Of a stretch of 64,000 nt of DNA, positions 11,933 through 26,264 are shown piece by piece; positions within the stretch are counted from its first letter, which is position 1; each line of letters starts with the position of its first letter. The DNA comes from Geosiphon pyriformis uo1 (Eukaryota > Fungi > Glomeromycota). The notes beneath the pieces were generated by a model. The model saw only the letters and a program-made list of their open reading frames with translations, did no database searches and was not told the origin of the DNA. The DNA lies in contig JAAOMT010000135.1 of the NCBI GenBank assembly GCA_016748015.1, positions 699,326-763,325 of the forward strand. Reading direction: 5' to 3'. A program made the position numbers and the translations under genes.

Positions 11933-14900
11933 TTGAGAAGCATACCAAGTTTCCTGGGCTGATGCTGACCATGACAAATTACTGCCAATACCATTATGAG
12001 ACAACAAAGGAAAGGAAAAAAGAGAAAAAAAATCTACCTGGAAAACCAACCAAAGTTATTGAAATAATAATGACCAAAGCAAGTAGCCACCAATTTAGAC
12101 TTGGGAAGAAAAAGGGAAAAAAAAGAAAAAGAAAAAGAATCAGCACCAGCCATTATCTTCACTTATATACTATATATCTACTTTCTATCACAACAGTCTA
12201 ACTATTGCCAACCAAAACTAGTATGCATTAATTGTGGCAAGAAATTGTTATCAATAGGTGTATGCTGTGATGATAATGATAAATATCCTACTGCAACCAA
12301 GTTTTACTACTGCCCATGCATTCTGGAATGGTTTAGAAGACCAAAAAGACAAAGAAAATGGAACAACAAACTTTGTCTAGCCTGTAAAACAATCTTGCCT
12401 AATGAAGGAATGTGGAATGACATTTCTGAGCATAAAGGAACATGCAACAAAACATGTCAAAATACTATCCTAATAAACAACTGGGTATGCAAAAGAACTT
12501 CAATTAACAATACATGGAAAAGGGTGCTGTGATGACTGAAAAAATATTTTCATGATAAACATAAGATCTAAAGAATAGTAAGTACAAAAGCAGAAGGTAT
12601 AACAACCAGTAAACTACTGAAAATCAAAAACAACCCCTTATTACTTCCTAAACCCAAATATGTTCAAACATTCAACATTTTTGGCAACATTGAGAATAAT
12701 TCCAAAGAATTTCATAAGCACTACCAATAACTGGCACTCACCAAAGAAGAGTAGGAACAACACTTGGAAGAAATCAACATCTAACTATGTGACCACTGTT
12801 TGATCTCATATGACTTTCAATTTTGTAATGAGTGTAACTTTATTTACAATCTACCACTACACATGATATATATAATCCTGGAAGAGAAAGAACCAATCAG
12901 CAGCTGTGCATCAGAATCGAAATCAACTTTCAATCCCAATTCAAACTTCAACAACAATGATGATAAAAATAATGATTCCAGCTCTATACAAATTAGCAAC
13001 AATAAAAACAACAATTCAGACTCAGATTTAAATCCTGAACAATACATTGCACTCCCTAATCTTACCAAGAAGCAGACTCTGAAATGGTTCAGTAATAATA
13101 ATAAAAACATTATGTCTGAACGTGTGCATAATATGGATACAGGATTTTATTTGAGATATCTGAGAAAAGATGCCATCAAATTGAAACCACATTCACACAT
13201 TTGCATTAATCTCAAAATAGCACTAAAAATCTCAGCAACAACATTGGTTCAACTAGCATCTAGAAATAGTTTAGCAAAAAAAGAAATCAACATTAGAGAA
13301 AGAATAATTGATGCAAAATATGTAAGAAATATTATTGTAATGCTACAAAATAACTCAGAAAAAACCTATGTTATAGAGCCAAATGAAAAGATAGCACAGG
13401 CAATATTTCTGCCTCTGGTTAAAATAACTCAATTAGTATTAGTGGGAAACAGGGAAAAATTAGGAATTACAGCTAAAGAGATACAGAGTTTTGGATTCAC
13501 AGATAAAATAGATGTATCAATTAATATAGCAGAGGAAAAAGTTGTTGACAAGAGAGAAATTATCTCCACCTGTTAATCAATTTTCATTCCACTATATGAC
13601 CAGTATATATTAGTCATAGAGAAAAAAGTAAAAGATCAGGTTCAAATTTTTGAAGCAGAAGCAACACTTTGTAAATTAAGAAAGATTGAATTAGTCAATT
13701 TACACATACCAGCCAAAAACCACCATCACATTAAAATTTCCATTTACAACAACATGGAAAACATCATTAAGATACCAAAAAGAACCACCATTGGATATTT
13801 AACCACTGAAATTGAAAACCAACTGCCAAACACCATTTCAAACTTTTTACAACTGTGCAGATATATAGATATCACATCTCAAACAATATATGGATGAGAA
13901 GAATATTATCTGCTTCAATCAGAACAATTAGAACAGATGAACTTGGAAAATCTAAACCCACTATAATATATGCAGCTTAAGATATTACTCAACAATTTCA
14001 ATAACATCTTTGCTAGTGAAAACGAATTTGGCAGAACCAACATAATTCAATACCAGATTAAGACTAAAGATGCAATGCCAATCAAACAAAGAACCTACTA
14101 AGTACCACCAGCCAGCCATAAGATCATTTGTCAAAAAATCAATTAGATGCTTAACAATAGGCTAATTTAGCTATCAATAAGTCCATAATTATCACCAGTA
14201 GTACTAGTCCATAAGAAAAATGAGAAAATCTGCTTTTGTGTAGATTACTAGAAACTGAATAGAGTAATAAAAAGAGATAGCTATCTGACTTCAAAGATCC
14301 AATAACTGTTCGATGCTTTTAAAGAAAAGAAATAGTTCTTAACTTTAGACTTAGACAGTAGTTACTGACAAGTAGCCATGAAACCAGAAGATAAAAAGAA
14401 AATGGCTTTTACGACTCAAGAAGAAAATTTTGAATTTGAAATAATATCATTTGGCTTGATGAATGTTTCTGCCATATTTCAATGGCTCATGGAAATTGTT
14501 TATACTAAACTGTCATAAAAATCAGTAGTTATATATCTGGATGACACCAATGTATTCTTCAAAACATTTGATGATCATTTGCACCATCTTCAACAAGTAT
14601 TTGAAAGACTAAGAAGAACTGGATTAAAATTAAATGCAACCAAGTGTTTCTTTGGAAAAACTGAACTCAAGTTTTTGGAACATGTTGTAAGCAAAGATAG
14701 TATCAAAACAGATTCAAATAAGATTAAGATTGTCAAAAACTTTTTAGTACCAAATAATCTTATGGAATTAAGAGCATTCTTGGAATTTGCTGGATACTAC
14801 CATCATTTTATCAAAATTTTTCCAAAATAGCTCAACTATTACACCAATTCCAAACAAAAAACACCAAATACAAATGAACTAAAATTCAACAAAAAGCTTT

Positions 14901-16318
14901 TAACATACTAAAAAGAAAACTTATTTAAGCTCTAGTATTAATCTATCTAAACCACAACAAACCATTTATCATTACCACTGATATATTAAGCTAAGCATTA
15001 AGAGCAGTACTATCTCAGAAAAAACCAGATAGAAAAGAATACCCAATAGTATATGCTAACTGCAGCTTAAGTCCAGCTAAAAAAACTATAGAACACCAGC
15101 ATTGGAACACTTAGCAATCTATTAGGCAGTCAAGAAATAGAAAGAATACTTGAGTCAAAAATTTGATATGTACACTAATTATAAAGGATTGACTTCAATC
15201 CAGAAGCAAGAATTTGGAGATAATTATTATGTCAGATAGAAAATAGAACTTTCACTATTTAACTATACAGTACATTACAAAAAAGAAAAAAAAAATGGAA
15301 ATGCCAATGGTTTGTTGCAAATAAAACAAATTTAAAAACATTTCAACCCAAAAATATAACAAAAAGATGAATATACAAAAATACTAACAACTCCAATATT
15401 ATATAAATACCTAATTGTTTAAGAAAAAATTATCTCAAAAGGAACAAAACAACATAAAACAGCAATTAAAATATTTTATCAACCATCAAAATATACTTTA
15501 CCAAAAAAACAAAAAAAATCTAGATCAGCCAATCAGAGTAATTATGGAACCAGAGAAAGAGACAATATTATTTAACATGCACTTAAATCCAACAGCAGGA
15601 CATTTTTATAAAGAAGCAACCATAGAAAAAATTAGAAAAAGATATTATTGGCTATTTATGTATCCAGACATTATTCAATATGTTTAAAATTGTGATGCTT
15701 ATTAGAGAAAAGGAGGAACAAAACCCAATAAACCATTGAGACCAATCAAAGTGGAACAACTATTCAATTGTATTGGAATTGACTTAGTTGGACCATTAAT
15801 AATTACCAGCAAAAGCAACAGATATATTGCAGTAGCTATGAACTATTTCACAAAATGGCCAGAAGCAAAAGCCATTCAAAGAGCAGATGCAGAATCTATT
15901 GCTGAATTTGTTCATCAAGATTTGATTTGTTAACACAGATGCTCAAAAGAATTACTATCTAACTAAGGAACTCATTTTGTAAATAGAACATAAGCAGAAT
16001 TAAGCCAAAAATTTGGAATAAAAAGACCATTATTATTATTATACCATCTATAAATAAATGGGTTAATTGAAAGATTTAACAGAACATTGTGTAAAGCAAT
16101 TGCCAAAATTAGCCAAGAAAATCAGGATGAATAGGATTTGTTTATACCATCAGTATTATTTGCTTATTGAACAATAAAACAAGATGCTACACAAGTAACA
16201 CTATTTGAATTAATATACAGTAGAACAGCAACATTACCAATTAAGATAGAAGTCAAAACATATTTAACAGAACCAATAACAGAAGAGAATTTTCAAAAAA
16301 CATTGTTAAGAAAAACAT
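11933..16318 (+). mobile_element. Gypsy element A, middle part: Cys-rich domain, dUTPase (~13070-13510), RT, RNase H (stop 15333-15335), integrase N-part (ATG 15367)
   Basis: Colinear with E 36850-41290; CINCGKK; ASRNSLAKK/IIDAKY/IAQ; YLDDTN; HLNPTAGH. Confidence 0.92.
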
Positions 16319-17309
16319 TGTTACCAGAGGTTTTTGGTCTCTTTTCTTAAATGTTGTTAATATCTGTTTGTTGTAAATTCACGTTTTCTAGAAGTAGTTG
16401 GATCTCCAGTAACTGAATTTATTTTCAAATTATAGGAGATAATTTGACTTGCTGGGCTTATAAGTGGAATGGCCAATTTCATGCCAGTTACTTTATGTAG
16501 TTACATTGTAGTAAATGTCAACTCTTTCCCAGGAATTGCTTGTTTGGAAGCTTACTAAAATGTGTAGTTACTTTGCTGTGAAAGTCAACTCTTTTACAGG
16601 AATTTTGTCTGTAGGCTACCCTAATGATTGTAATAAGAAAAAAAAGAAAAATAAAAGAATTGTAAAAAAAATAGAATTCTGTCAGAGAAAACGTTTTCTA
16701 TCCAGACCTGGAGTCACTAACAGTTTTACTAAAATTGGTAACTAATTAATTTCAAAATGTTAGTTGAGTTTTGGGAATTTTCCAAGTGCAATAATTAAAG
16801 AATTTGGTTTTTTGAATTTATTTGATATTTATTTCTTTTTGTGTGTATAAGAAGGGTTCTAAGTAATAAATCTAAAGTAAGATACATTTTTTTGGAGAAA
16901 AAAACTCTTCTTTTATACAACTTGTTGTAGTACTAGTTTATGAACTTGCACTTTTTTTCTTTGCTTAAATTTTGGCAAACTAAAGATACATTTTGATAAA
17001 CTACAAGTTATTTTGCTAAACTATTGATTAATTTGGGTGAATTATTCATAATTTTGGCGAATTTCTATAAATTTTGGCAAATTTTATATAAATTTCGGTG
17101 AATTTCAGAATGTTACAAAGTTCAGGGTATTGTGTAATTTGATCATTTTATTTTCTGTTGTACTAATTGGATTATTAATTAAATCATAATATGTAATAAA
17201 TTGATTAAATAATAAGTAATAATTTGAATTGATATTAACATATTAATTAATAATAGGAATTATAAGAATAATTTTATGCTAATTAATAGCTAAAATTCTA
17301 CTGGTAACA
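16319..17309 (-). repeat. 3' LTR of C; PPT tgaggagaaggtta at ~17310-17323
   Basis: 9-bp terminal inverted repeat TGTTACCAG...CTGGTAACA; colinear with 25272-26264. Confidence 0.95.
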
Positions 17310-17996
17310 TAACCTTCTCCTCAATACTGAGGTCCGTTGAAGTCCAAGCACTATCTGTAATGTCAAGATAGTGGTCCAAGATGATTGAAGTGATTTGCTC
17401 TGAAAATTGTTGAAATTTTAGTTCTGTGAGCTTTCTAATATATTGTATTTTTAATGGTTGAAATATTGGGCTTTGTAGGACGTGTTCACAAGTATTAAAC
17501 AAGTTATAGAGTCTAAGAGCTGCTCTAAGTTTGTAGCAAGTGTTTGTTGATCCAGCTGTTGTCTTGAATTCATTGTGAATTTGTTTTGTATGGCTTCTGG
17601 GATGGTATTTGTTGCTTCAAGTTCTAGTTTTCGTTTATAAAGTGTTTTTCCAATGCAGAAATATTTAAATATAAGGGTATGTTCATTGTTCTGTTCATTA
17701 AGTAATAGTAGAAGTTTTTGTTGTATTGTGGCATTTGGCGGAATGTCCATAGGGGCAGATAAAAAGTTTTCTTTTAGTGCTTGCTTCAAAAGTTTTGGTA
17801 ATCTATTTTCAGAATAACTTCTTGTTTTTTTTTTATAGGGGTGGTAGTTCTGAGAATTATTTACTACTGGGGCTGTGATTTCTTTCTGAATGTAATTAAT
17901 TTGACTTCCATTAATCATTATGGATAAGTCAGGAAGTGTTTTTAAGACTAACATTAATTTTTGGAATATTTGTTGAATATTTTAGGGAATAATCAT
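17290..17996 (-). pseudogene. C ORF3 (one early stop, one frameshift), reading into the 3' LTR
   Basis: ORFs 17451-17954 and 17290-17502 align with F ORF3. Confidence 0.85.
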
Positions 17997-18147
17997 AATA
18001 AAATTGACTAATTAATGAAAAGGAAGAATAAAGAAAAATATTTTTGGGTCTGGGGTTTTATTTGTTTTTGGGTTTTGGTGTTTTGTAATTATTTATTATT
18101 TTTGTTTTTTGTGTGTTATTAAAAGATTATTGTAAAATTATGTTGAA

Positions 18148-19533
18148 TTAAGTGTTCAAGTTTGGTTGTTGTTCTATTATAATTATTGGTTTTAAATTTC
18201 GGGGAATATCCTCAGAATTAATTAAAGGAGAATGTATACCAATTTGTAGAATTAATGATTCAGGATTGTTTCTGAAATGGTAGTGTTTCAATCTATCCCT
18301 ATGTGCAACTTTTGATAGTATCTTGTCATCAAGTCTTAACTTATATGATTTATTGCCTAAAATTTTGTGAATATAAAATGGTCCATCCCATTTGTTTTCA
18401 AATTTTCCACTTCATTGTTTTTCAGCCTTAGTTCTGTATAAGAGAATTTTATTTTCAATTTTAAATTCGTTGGTTATGGGTGGTAATTTGTTGTCATGTT
18501 TTTCTTTTTGTTGAGTTTAGGAATGTTCAATATGAGTTGCTGCTATCCTTCTTTTTCTTTCTAGTATACTAAGAAGAGTGTAGGCCCTTCTTTGGAGTGT
18601 TTTTTGAAAGTTCTCTTCATTAATTGGTTGTACAGAATATGTTTTTACTGTGAAATTAATTGGTAATGTTACTGTCTTTCCATAAGTAAGATCAAATAGT
18701 ATGTGTTTTGTAGTATCTTGTTTTAGTGTTCTGTATGCTAGTAACACTAATAGAATAAAGACATCCCATTTCTGTTCAAAGTCTGTTGAGACTTTGGCTA
18801 GAGATTCACACAATGTTCTGTTGAAACGTTTTACAAGTTCATTTGTTTAAAAGTAATAAGGTGATGATAAAGGTCTTTTGACATTGAATTGTTCACAAAT
18901 TTCTTGTATCAAGTTGTTCACAAAATGTGTTTTTTGATCAGATAAGAGTTCAATTGGGCATCCATGTCTACAGATAATGTCTTCATAGATGAAATTTGCT
19001 ACTGATTTTGCATCTGCTCTTTGGATGACTCTAGCTTTAGGCCATTTGGTGAGATAATCTACTGCAACTGCAATATAATGATTTCCTTGGATTGTAATAG
19101 ATAATGGTCTAACTAAATCAATTCCAACTCTGTCAAAAGGTTGTCCAACTTTGATTGGATTTAAAAATTCTGTGGGGCAAGTTTCTCCTCTTTTTTGATA
19201 ACTATCACAAGATTCTATATATTGTTAAATGTCTTTTTGCATATGAGGCCAAAAATAATGTTCAAGAGTTCTTTGAATTGTTTTATCTCTTCCCAAGTGT
19301 GCTGAAGAAGAATCTGTGTGCATGTTATATAGAATTGTTTCTTTTTCATTTTCCTGTACTAATCTGAGTGGTTGGTTTGAGTTTTTACAATTTTTGTAAT
19401 AGATTTTGTTGTGGTGTATAAAATATTGTTTGGCTTGGTGTTGTAATCGATGTTTTTCACTTGGAGACCAATTTTCTGGCATGGTGAGAGTCTCCAAATA
19501 GTTTTTAATGTTGTTGTAGTTTTCTGGATCCAT
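18148..19533 (-). pseudogene. C integrase, separate ORF (462 codons)
   Basis: Starts MDPENYNNIKNYL; HTDSSSAH; same length as the F integrase. Confidence 0.9.
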
Positions 19534-19600
19534 TATTGTTGATTTTGTTGTTTGTTCTGTTGTTAAGTTTGTTGGTGTTTTGTTGGTGTTGATGTTAGTA

Positions 19601-22600
19601 TTAATATTGTCTCATTCTTGAGAGGCTATTAACATTGGTGTGTAGTTTTCCTGGTTTGTGATGTACAATGTATTTGTAGTCTGCTAGGAAGTCATTTCAT
19701 TAAGACTGTTTGGCACTTTGTTCAGTTTTCTTTTTATTAAGCCATTTAAGGCCAATATTGTCAGTTATTATGTCAAATTCTTTTCCATTCTTCAGGTATT
19801 GTTGAAAGTGTTTGAGAGCCCAGATAACTACAGCAGCTTCTAGTTCAGTTGAATCATATTTGAGTTCTGTTGGTTTGAGTGTTCTACTAGCATAAGCAAT
19901 GACTTGTTCCTGGCCATTTTCATCCAATTGTAATAAGATAGCACCAAATACTATGTGTGAAGCATTAATGGCTAATTAAAACCGTTTGTTAAAGTCTGGG
20001 TAAACAAGAACTGGGGCTGTTATCAATTTTGTTTTGAAAGTTTCAAAAGCTTTTTGTTGTTTTTCAGTCCATTTGTATGGTATGTTTTTGTTGATAAGAT
20101 AATTGAGTGGTTTGGCAATTTCTGAGAATTTTTTTATGAATTTTTGATAGTAAGAGGCTAATCCTACAAATCCTTGTAGTTCTGTGGTATTTCTGGGAGT
20201 TTGAAAGTTTTTGACAGCACTGATTGTTCCTGGATTTGGTTTGACTCCATCTTTACTAACTATGTGTCCAAGAAAGATCAAGCTTGTTTTTCCAAAGTGA
20301 CATTTTCTCAATGTTTAGCTTTAGTCCTGTTTTTTGTAATCATTGAAAAACTTCTCGCAGGTGGATAAGGTGGGCTTCAAAGCTTGATGAGTATACATTA
20401 GTGTCATCAAGATAGACAACTACTGATTGCTATAAGAGTCCTTTATATACAACATCCATAAGTTGCTGGAATGTTGCTGGTGCATTGCAGAGTCCAAAAA
20501 GCATAACATTGAACTCATAGTTTCCTCCCTGGGTGGTAAATGCTGTTTTGGGTCGGTCTTTTGGGTCCATTTCGACTTGCCAGTATCTACTTTTTAAGTA
20601 TAAAGTTAAGAAGAACTTGGCTTTTCCTAAAGCATCTAGCATGTCATCAATTCTTGGAAGAGGGTAGGCATCTCCAATTGTCACACTGTTCAATTGGCAA
20701 TAGTCAACACAAAATCTGATTTTTCCATTTTTTTTTTTGACAAGGACTACTGGTAAGGCCCAAGAACTTCTTGATGGTTGAATCAATCTGTTATTAAGCA
20801 TTCTCTGGACTTCTTCTCTGATGAATTGGTGGCTGGCAGGTGGCACTCTGTAAGCTTGCTAATGTTTTGGTGGAGCATCTTCTGTATGGATCTGATGTTA
20901 AACCATATCCGTTTTTCTCAGGTTATTGTTGTCTTTTGCAAATATATCTACAAATTCAGCTATTAATTGTTTCAATTGTCTTTGTTGTTGAGGTTCTAAA
21001 GAACCCATGTTGATTTGAGAGAGTTTTTCTTCCAAAAAGTGGTAGTTTTCAGTAGTGGGAATAATATTTGGATTTGGGAGTAGAGTGTGTCTTACAATTT
21101 CGATGAAATTAGAGACAATTTGAGGGTTTTCATCTTGAAAAATATTGCTGTGTATAATTCCAATCTCTAATTTGTTTAATAAGACAATAGAGTAATTATC
21201 GGGGTTGTAGAATGTAACTTGAAATTTTTTCACTCCTTTAGGAATATAAACATTTGGAATTGAGATTTCATGCTTCAAACAGATTTGTTTATTGGATTCA
21301 AAGATTTGTTGTGTAGTGGTGAGTTTTGAGCAAGTGTAAATTTCGTGATATTCTCCAAAAGGTGAAATGGTAATTGGCTGGAGAAGTTGAAAAATCTGGT
21401 GAGATTCATTTTGTGTATTAAGAGCTATGTTTACTGGAACTGTAAATCATCTAGTTAACCCAAAACCTTGAGTTTCTCTTTCACTTTTTCCCAATTGTTC
21501 TCTGTTGTTAACTGATTGTAAACCTGAAATGTTGATTAAAAGTAGGTAAATTGCTTGGGCAATTTTTTCTGCATGCTTAATTTTAAATGGTTTTTCAGTT
21601 TCATTCTGTAGCATGATGGTGATGTCTCCAATGTATTTTGCATCTATAACTCCTCTTCTAATGTTAATTCCTTTGCTTGCTAATGATGATCTGGATGCAA
21701 TTTGAACCATTGCTCCAGGTAAAATTTCAAGAGTGATTTTGAGATTGATTTTTGTCAAGGACTTTGGCTGGAGAATCAAAGTATCTTTTCCTGGATATCT
21801 TAGATCATATCCTGCATCAATTTCGTGTGCTTTTTCTGGTCTGATTCCTTGGTCCTGGTTGTCAAAATATTTAAGTTCTAAAAGTGGTTGGTTTTCAAGA
21901 AGATAGATGGGTGTGGTTGTAATTTCTTCTTTTGTTTCCAGTTTTCCAAATTCAATTTCATCCTGGTCATTTTCACTGGGTAAAGAAATGCTAAGAGCAT
22001 AGCATTCTGGACACCATTTGTCATCACAAGGCATGATACATTCTTTGCACAATTGAATGTTTATTTGCTCTAATCGTTGAATTTGAGCTTCTTGGGTTGG
22101 ATATGTATGGCTTGCCATTTGGTGGTAGGTTTCTACTTCATCTTCATAATTAAATCTGGTTAATTCTATAGTATACTCAATGTATTCAGCTTCTTTCATT
22201 TGGTGAACATCTTTTTGAGTGGCTCTATTGATTAATGCTATTGCTAAGTCAAAAATCATTTCAGCATCATGTAGATAATGGTAGAGTTTGTTGAAAGCAT
22301 TGTTGTATGCTGCATTAAAAGGTGTTTCTTTGTGGACTTTCTCTGATATCCACAAGGCATATTAGCAGGTTTGATTACAAACTTCTCTTCTCATTGCTAC
22401 ATCAATCCAATTGTATTCTTCTGATAGCATTTCTTTACAAGTAAGGCAAAGAGTTTTGTCCCATTTTCCACTTCTTTTTGGAGATCCAAATCGTTCTCTA
22501 TGGCATGCCTTGTAGAAGTAGCAGGTGCAAGTTTCATATTTCTCTTCTGGGAAAATACAGGCTCCCATAAATGAAAGCTTTTTTTTACAATCTTTGCATT

Positions 22601-25226
22601 TCAGTGGAATGTATGGTGGTTCTTTTCATGGTTCTGGTGTAGAATACCAAACTTTTTTTTATCCTCTTGTTTCCTCAAAAATTTCTTGTTCTGTTTCTTC
22701 AGCCCAATTGGATGCTGATCTAAGAGCCATATAGGTTTTAGTGATTGGTATTTCTTTCTCTTCCTCAAATTCAAATGCTGGAGCTTTTTCTGATTGTTTG
22801 TTAAAGGTACCACAGATTGCAGGTACTATGGTATATTGTCCTTGGTATGAGATTTTAAGTTCCTAAGTTTTCCAGTTCAGATTTGCATTGGCTTTAAGAA
22901 GCCAATCATTTTCGACTAAAGCTTGGTATTGAGGTGTATTCATAACGAGAACTTTAACTGGAATGATGATTCCATCAATTGTAAAGGGAAAATTATCAAT
23001 TTCTCCTACTGGAGTCTTTTTCATACCATCAGCTGTGACAATAACTGTTTGGGCTGGTCTGTCTACATTTTATTTGAGTTGTTGCATCAGCTGGTAAGTA
23101 ATGATACTTCCAGCTAATCCACTATCTAAGATTAAGTGAATGGGTTTTCCTTCCACTGTAGCTTCTGTGTACATAGCAGTAATTGCTTTCTGTTCATTGA
23201 CTGCTGCATTACTAAGCAAAAATGGTGATTCATTTGCTTCAAATTCAAATGGAAATATATCTAACAAATTGGCATTTTGGGCAATTTGAGCTGGTAGAAT
23301 AGTGTGATTGGAAAAGTTTGATCTTGGTGCTGCAGCTCTATTTTTAGAAAGTGCAGTTTGTTGAAAATCCGATTCTTCTGACATTGTTAAATAACTTGGT
23401 TGTGTGTATAAATGGTTTGGTCTTTGCTGACCAGAATTTCGAAAGATCAACTGGTTGTTTGGGTTGATTCTGGTGTTATTATTACTGAATTGATTTTGTG
23501 GTGTGAATTGGTTATGTTGAACTAATCTTCTGGCTGGTACTTAATATTGTTGAATGGGTGGTGTTTGATATTGCTGAATAGGTAAAGATTGCTAATATTG
23601 TTGCTGCAATGGTTGTGAAGCTGGTTGATAATAACTGTTTTGATTTTGTGGTCTTGGTGAATAATAAGTTGGTAATGAAGGTTGGTAATAAGATTGTTGT
23701 GACAAAGAGTAACATTGATTACTCCTGTTTTGTTGGTCTCTTTGTAATTTCCTACAATCTCGTTTTTAGTGTTCTGGAATTCCACAATAATGACAATTTT
23801 GAGGTTGGTTGTTGGATGGTAGTTCAAAGTTGTTTTGGTTGTGTCGCTGTGGTGGTTGATATCTTTGTGGCTGTTGCTGCTGTTGTTATTGATTCATGAA
23901 GTAGTTTTCAATCTTCTTTGTGAGTTGATCTATCTTTTCTTCAGCTGCTGAGCTGGTTTTTCTAATTGCTAGATTGACAAGTTTGGTGTGATTTGTTTCT
24001 TTTATTGTCATTTCATAGTTCTTTGCATGTTTAATGGCAGTTGCTAAGTCTGTTGGTACGTGTGGACAAACTTTCTTAATCAGCTTGTCTTTTAATCCTG
24101 CTATAAACTGATTTAGAATTTGAGCATCAGAATAGTAGTCATTGGTTTCCAATTGTCAAATTCGTCTAAGAAGTTTATTGAATCTCCCAAGATAGGTCAT
24201 AACAGTTTCAGATGTTTCTTGTTTGATATTGCAAAAGTGATTCTGGAGAGTGATAAAAGTATTGTTGTCTATGAATTGTTGTAGGAAAGTATTTTTGAAT
24301 GCTTGCCAGTCTTCAAATAGTTCTTCTAAGTTTTCAAACCATTCTCCTGCAGTTTCTTGGAGAAAGTATAGAATTGCTTTGAGCATTCTTGTTGCATTTC
24401 AACTATTTGCATCTCCTGCTTTTTGAATTTTGTTGAGCCATTCTTAAGGACTGGTATCATTATCTTCACCTGTGAATTCTGGAATCTTTGCAATATAAGC
24501 AGTTGCCATTTCCTCTTCGTTTTTTGTGACTTTTCCTTGTTTTGATTCAGTTTTTTCACTTTCCAAATTTTCTGAATGATCACTTTCATTTTTCTACAAG
24601 TATTTAATAATATTGGTGCTTGTTGATATAGGTTCTTGCTGTTGAGTAGAATTTCTAGGTGACTGAAAATCTTCTGGTCTGGAGAAACAGTTAAGTGGTG
24701 AATTTGGTGTTTGTGGTCAAGCAAGTGAAATTGGAAATGGTGTAATAAAAAGTGGTAATTTGACACTGGTTTCTTGTTCAGGTGTTTGCAAGTGTTTGGC
24801 AGTTGTTTTTTGTAGTGTTAGAGTGTTTGGAGTGATTCTTAAATATTGCTTCAATTTTTGTTTGCCTTTGTTGCTTGTTTCTGTCTTTGATTCAAAGTCA
24901 ATAGAGTATTGAGACTGTACTGGATATTTTTCTTCACAATACTTGATAATGTTATAATTGAGTTCTTGAAAATAGGTGGCAAGTGTTTCACTGTTAAGGT
25001 CTTCAGTTCCCAATCGTGAATAGTGCATTAGATTGTTGTAAAGATTGCTTCTAACTTCTGAAATGTTGTAATTTCCAAGAAGATAATTGTTGATGTGGTT
25101 TTCAATGTATTGGTAAAGTGTTTTTTCAACAATTTCAATTCCGTCTGGGATGTTAAATCTCTGCTTGCAATGGGTGTAAATTGACTGGTAATACTCTAGA
25201 GTTGTTGTGTCTGGTGTGGTTGCCAC
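19601..25226 (-). pseudogene. C gag-protease-Cys-rich-dUTPase-RT-RNase H polyprotein
   Basis: LILDSGLAGSII; AGYDLRYPG/RSSL/GVIDAKY/IAQ/GFG (21447-21880); DAYPLPRIDD; IAYASRTL; ends SLSRMRQY*. Confidence 0.92.
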
Positions 25227-25253
25227 TTTGAAGTTGTTATTGCTGTGTTATTT

Positions 25254-25271
25254 CCATGGAAGAGCACCAAA
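25254..25271 (-). promoter_or_regulatory. Primer-binding site of C (ttTGGTGCTCTTCCATGG)
   Basis: TGG lies 2 nt after the LTR end; G at PBS positions 15-16 fits tRNA C62/C61. Confidence 0.75.
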
Positions 25272-26264
25272 TGTTACCAGAGGTTTTTGGTCTCTTTTCT
25301 TAAATGTTGTTAATATCTGTTTATTGTAAATTCATGTTTTCTAGAAGTAGTTGAACCTCCAGTAACTAAAATTTATTTTCAAATTATAGGAGATAATTTG
25401 ACTTGCTGGGCTTATAAGTAGAATGGCCAATTTCATGTCAGTTACTTTATGTAGTTACGTTGTAGTAAACGTCAACTCTTTCCCAAGAATTGCTTGTCTG
25501 GAAGCTTACTAAAATGTGTAGTTATTTTGCTGTGAAAGTCAACTCTTCTACAGGAATCTTGTCTGTAGACTACCCTAATGATTGTAATAAGAAAAGAAAA
25601 GAAAAATAAAAGAATTGTAAAAAAAATAAAATTTTGTCAAGGGAAATGTTTTCTATCTAGGCCTAAAGTCACTAACAGTTTTACTGAAATTGGTAGCTAA
25701 TCAATTTCAAAACATTAGTTGGGTTTTGGGGATTTTCTAAGTACAATAATTAAAAAATTTGGTTTTTTGAATTTATTTGATATTTATTTCTTTTTGTGTG
25801 TATAGAAAGAGTTCTAAGTAATAAATCTAAAGTAAGATACATTTTCTTGAAGAGAAAAGCTTTTTTTTTATACAACTTGTTGTAGTACTAATCTATGAAC
25901 TTGCACTTTTTCTCTTTGCTCAAATTTTGGCAAACTAAAGATACATTTTAATGAACTACAAATTATTTCGCTGAACTATTAATTAATTTGTGTGAACTAT
26001 TCATAATTTCGGCGAATTTCTATAAATTTCGGCGAATTTCATATAAATTTCAGTAAATTTCAGAATGTTACAAAGTTCAGGGTATTGTGTAATTTGATCA
26101 TTTTATTTTCTGTTGTACTAATTGGATTATTAATTGAATCGTGATATGTGATAAATTGATTAAATAATAAGTAATAATTTGAATTGATATTAACATGTTA
26201 ATTAATGATAGGAATTATAAGAATAATTTCATGCTAATTAATAGCTAAAATTCTATTGGTAACA
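25272..26264 (-). repeat. 5' LTR of C
   Basis: Adjacent to the PBS; differs from the 3' LTR almost only by transitions. Confidence 0.95.

Larger units (their letters stand above)
16319..26264 (-). mobile_element. Full-length Ty3/Gypsy LTR retrotransposon C, inserted into A integrase
   Basis: LTRs at 16319-17309 and 25272-26264; TSD ACAT at 16315-16318 and 26265-26268; PBS and PPT on the minus strand. Confidence 0.95.

Noticed and set aside
21447-22355. Host dUTPase or other housekeeping gene
   Set aside because: Embedded in frame in the polyprotein between LTRs and repeated in every element.
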